In this document: positions 62,477-64,000 of the stretch, piece after piece
Layout: each line of letters starts with the position of its first letter
Position numbering within the stretch: the first letter of the stretch is position 1
Assembly: GCA_016207245.1 (NCBI GenBank)
Contig: JACQQA010000012.1
Span: 5,722 to 69,721, forward strand
Origin: Candidatus Magasanikiibacteriota bacterium
GTDB lineage: Bacteria; Patescibacteriota; Patescibacteriia; Magasanikbacterales; UBA922
DNA: 64,000 nt
Reading direction: 5' to 3'
Notes under the pieces: model-generated
Told to the model about the DNA's origin: nothing
Databases searched by the model: none
What the model saw: only the letters and a program-made list of their open reading frames with translations
Program-made: the position numbers and the translations under genes

Positions 62477-62944
62477 TTATTTGTTTCTTGTTTCTTGATT
62501 ATTATCAATCACTTTTCCCCCCGCTTTCTCTATCAATTCTACCGCCTTTTTGCTGGCAAGACAATCTTGCAAAGTAATTGGTTTTTTAATTTCACCGGTG
62601 GCGACAACTTTAACGCCAAATTTGACATTGCCAATCAAACCGCGTGTTTTCAAAAATTTCGGCGTTATAATTTGGTTCTTTTCCGCAATCCGTTCAATGT
62701 CGCTTAAAGTGACGGTGGCTTTTTTTATTTGCAAACTTTTAAATCCGCGCAATTTTGGCACTCTAAGCAAAGCCGCTTTGAAAGCGCGAATACGGCGCCG
62801 GCTCTTGCCGCCGGAACGAGCGGTTTGGCCTTTACCGCCGCGGCCTGAATAAGTTCCCCGGCCGGAGGCATTGCCGCGTCCAACACGTTTGGTATAGCGA
62901 TGTGAACTACGGGCTGGTTTAATTGTTGCGGGTGTTAGCGTCAT
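62477..62944 (-). CDS. rplO: 50S ribosomal protein L15
   Basis: GRGNASGRGTYSGRGGKGQTARSG glycine/arginine-rich N-terminus; 155 aa. Confidence 0.85.
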   Translation of the reverse strand: MTLTPATIKPARSSHRYTKRVGRGNASGRGTYSGRGGKGQTARSGGKSRRRIRAFKAALLRVPKLRGFKSLQIKKATVTLSDIERIAEKNQIITPKFLKTRGLIGNVKFGVKVVATGEIKKPITLQDCLASKKAVELIEKAGGKVIDNNQETRNK

Positions 62945-63480
62945 ACAATTGCAGGTTCTTTTTTCTCTACCGGCTTTTCCGCCGGTTTAAACACTTTGGC
63001 CTTCACCTTAAAACAATGCAGGGCGTCAAAAGTTGCTTTTATATTATTCATTTTGTTTCCGGTGCGGCCCAATATTTTTGCTGACGCGTTTGGCACGCCG
63101 GCGATTTCCAACACCACGCGAACTGCGCCGCCAGCGATAATGCCGGAACCGCGCGGAGCGGGTTGGATGAGCACTTTGGCCGCTCCATATTTCGCCATTA
63201 CCGCGTGAGGAACAGTGTCACGGATGATGGGCACGGTAAACAAGGTTTTGTGCGCTTGATTAACCGCCTTATTAACCGCCATTTGCACGTCTTTGCCTTT
63301 ATCAACGCCAAAACCAACGCGTCCGCGATGATCGCCAATCAGGACTGTGGCGCGGAAACTCATTTGCTTGCCGCCTTTCGTAACGCGAGTAACCCGCGCT
63401 AAATCCAAAATTTGCTGATCAAATTCCGGCTTTTCCGCTTTTGGCTTGTTAGATCGATTTTTATCTTTACCTTTTGCCAT
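62941..63480 (-). CDS. rpsE: 30S ribosomal protein S5
   Basis: [37 protein letters not shown] (S5 dsRBD signature); 179 aa. Overlaps the rplO start by 4 bp, so there is no L30 gene between them. Confidence 0.85.
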   Translation of the reverse strand: [179 protein letters not shown]

Positions 63481-63494
63481 AGATTTAATAATTA

Positions 63495-63866
63495 TTAAAA
63501 TTCCAACCCGCCATCGCGCACACCGTCAGCCACTGCCGCCACTCGTCCGTGATATTTATAACCGCCGCGATCAAAAACCGCTTTGCTGACACCTGATTTC
63601 TTTGCCTTTTCCGCGATCATTTTACCGGCTAAAAAAGCTAGTGCGACTTTGCCTTTTCTATCTTTGATATCCGACTTTTTAATATCGATCTCTTTGCCAT
63701 GAACAGAAACCAGAGTCTTGCCGGCTGAATCGTCAATCAGCTGGACATATAAGCCGCGTAAACTGCGAAACACGTTCAGCCTCGGCTTTTCCGCGGTGCC
63801 AAAAACTTTCGCGCGCACGCGTTTTTGCCTTTTTGCTCTATTTTTATTTCTGATAGAATTTTTCAT
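63495..63866 (-). CDS. rplR: 50S ribosomal protein L18
   Basis: RLNVFRSLRGLYVQLIDDSAGKTLVSVHGKE plus the C-terminal GGYKYHGRVAAVADGVRDGGLEF; 123 aa. Confidence 0.85.
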   Translation of the reverse strand: MKNSIRNKNRAKRQKRVRAKVFGTAEKPRLNVFRSLRGLYVQLIDDSAGKTLVSVHGKEIDIKKSDIKDRKGKVALAFLAGKMIAEKAKKSGVSKAVFDRGGYKYHGRVAAVADGVRDGGLEF

Positions 63867-63888
63867 AAAACTTTTCTCAACTTTCTAC

Positions 63889-64000
63889 TTACGCCGCGGC
63901 TTTAGCCGCGGCTTTGCCGGCTTTATGGCGGACAACCTCGCCGACATATCTTATTCCCTTGCCTTTATACGGCTCCGGACATTTGGTATCGCGAATTTCC
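63889..64000 (-). CDS. rplF: 50S ribosomal protein L6, C-terminal end (partial; runs off the window end)
   Basis: The minus-strand translation ends ...[36 protein letters not shown]-stop, matching the L6 C-terminus ([11 protein letters not shown]). Confidence 0.7.
   Translation of the reverse strand, partial: EIRDTKCPEPYKGKGIRYVGEVVRHKAGKAAAKAAA

Overview
This window looks like a chromosomal segment of a small-genome, low-GC (~42-45%) bacterium. Several traits fit Candidate Phyla Radiation/Patescibacteria-like organisms: tightly packed and overlapping genes, no L30 gene between rpsE and rplO, archaeal-type AspRS/AsnRS, a TrmB regulator, an Elp3-like radical SAM protein, and large DUF11/Cys-rich surface proteins.

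The core content is housekeeping: dnaE, pheS/pheT, tsaD, a clpC-like ATPase, radA, relA/spoT, parA/parB, scpA/scpB, aspS, asnS, rsmB-like, recO, ruvX, map, adk, secY, and the ribosomal genes L6-L18-S5-L15. There are three tRNAs (Glu-UUC, Leu-CAA, Asn-GUU).

Accessory content includes:
- an ECF sigma/anti-sigma pair next to a very large secreted surface protein that runs off the window start;
- an excisionase-like HTH regulator preceded by three 20-bp palindromic operator-like sites, followed by a DUF11-repeat protein and a GC-rich 838-aa secreted CTDC-type cysteine-rich repeat protein with thrombospondin-type-3 calcium-binding repeats;
- an envelope operon: disordered acidic membrane protein, TolB-like propeller, DsbA-like oxidoreductase, and a chimeric Cys-rich/TM-hairpin/M15 peptidase;
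- a second Cys-rich lipoprotein with an operator palindrome.

The most striking signal is a dense population of short palindromic (hairpin) repeat families and a REP-associated tyrosine transposase (RAYT)-like HuH gene. Several families have terminal GTCAT...ATGAC inverted repeats. Copies sit in intergenic regions and also appear to be inserted in-frame into essential genes (pheT, tsaD, map, rsmB-like, radA, asnS, and the RAYT gene itself). This is analogous to Rickettsia palindromic elements. Three small GC-rich islets lie next to such elements. A duplicated 5-prime fragment of map flanks an AAA-ATPase gene, which looks like an insertion scar.

No CRISPR array, rRNA or integrase was seen.
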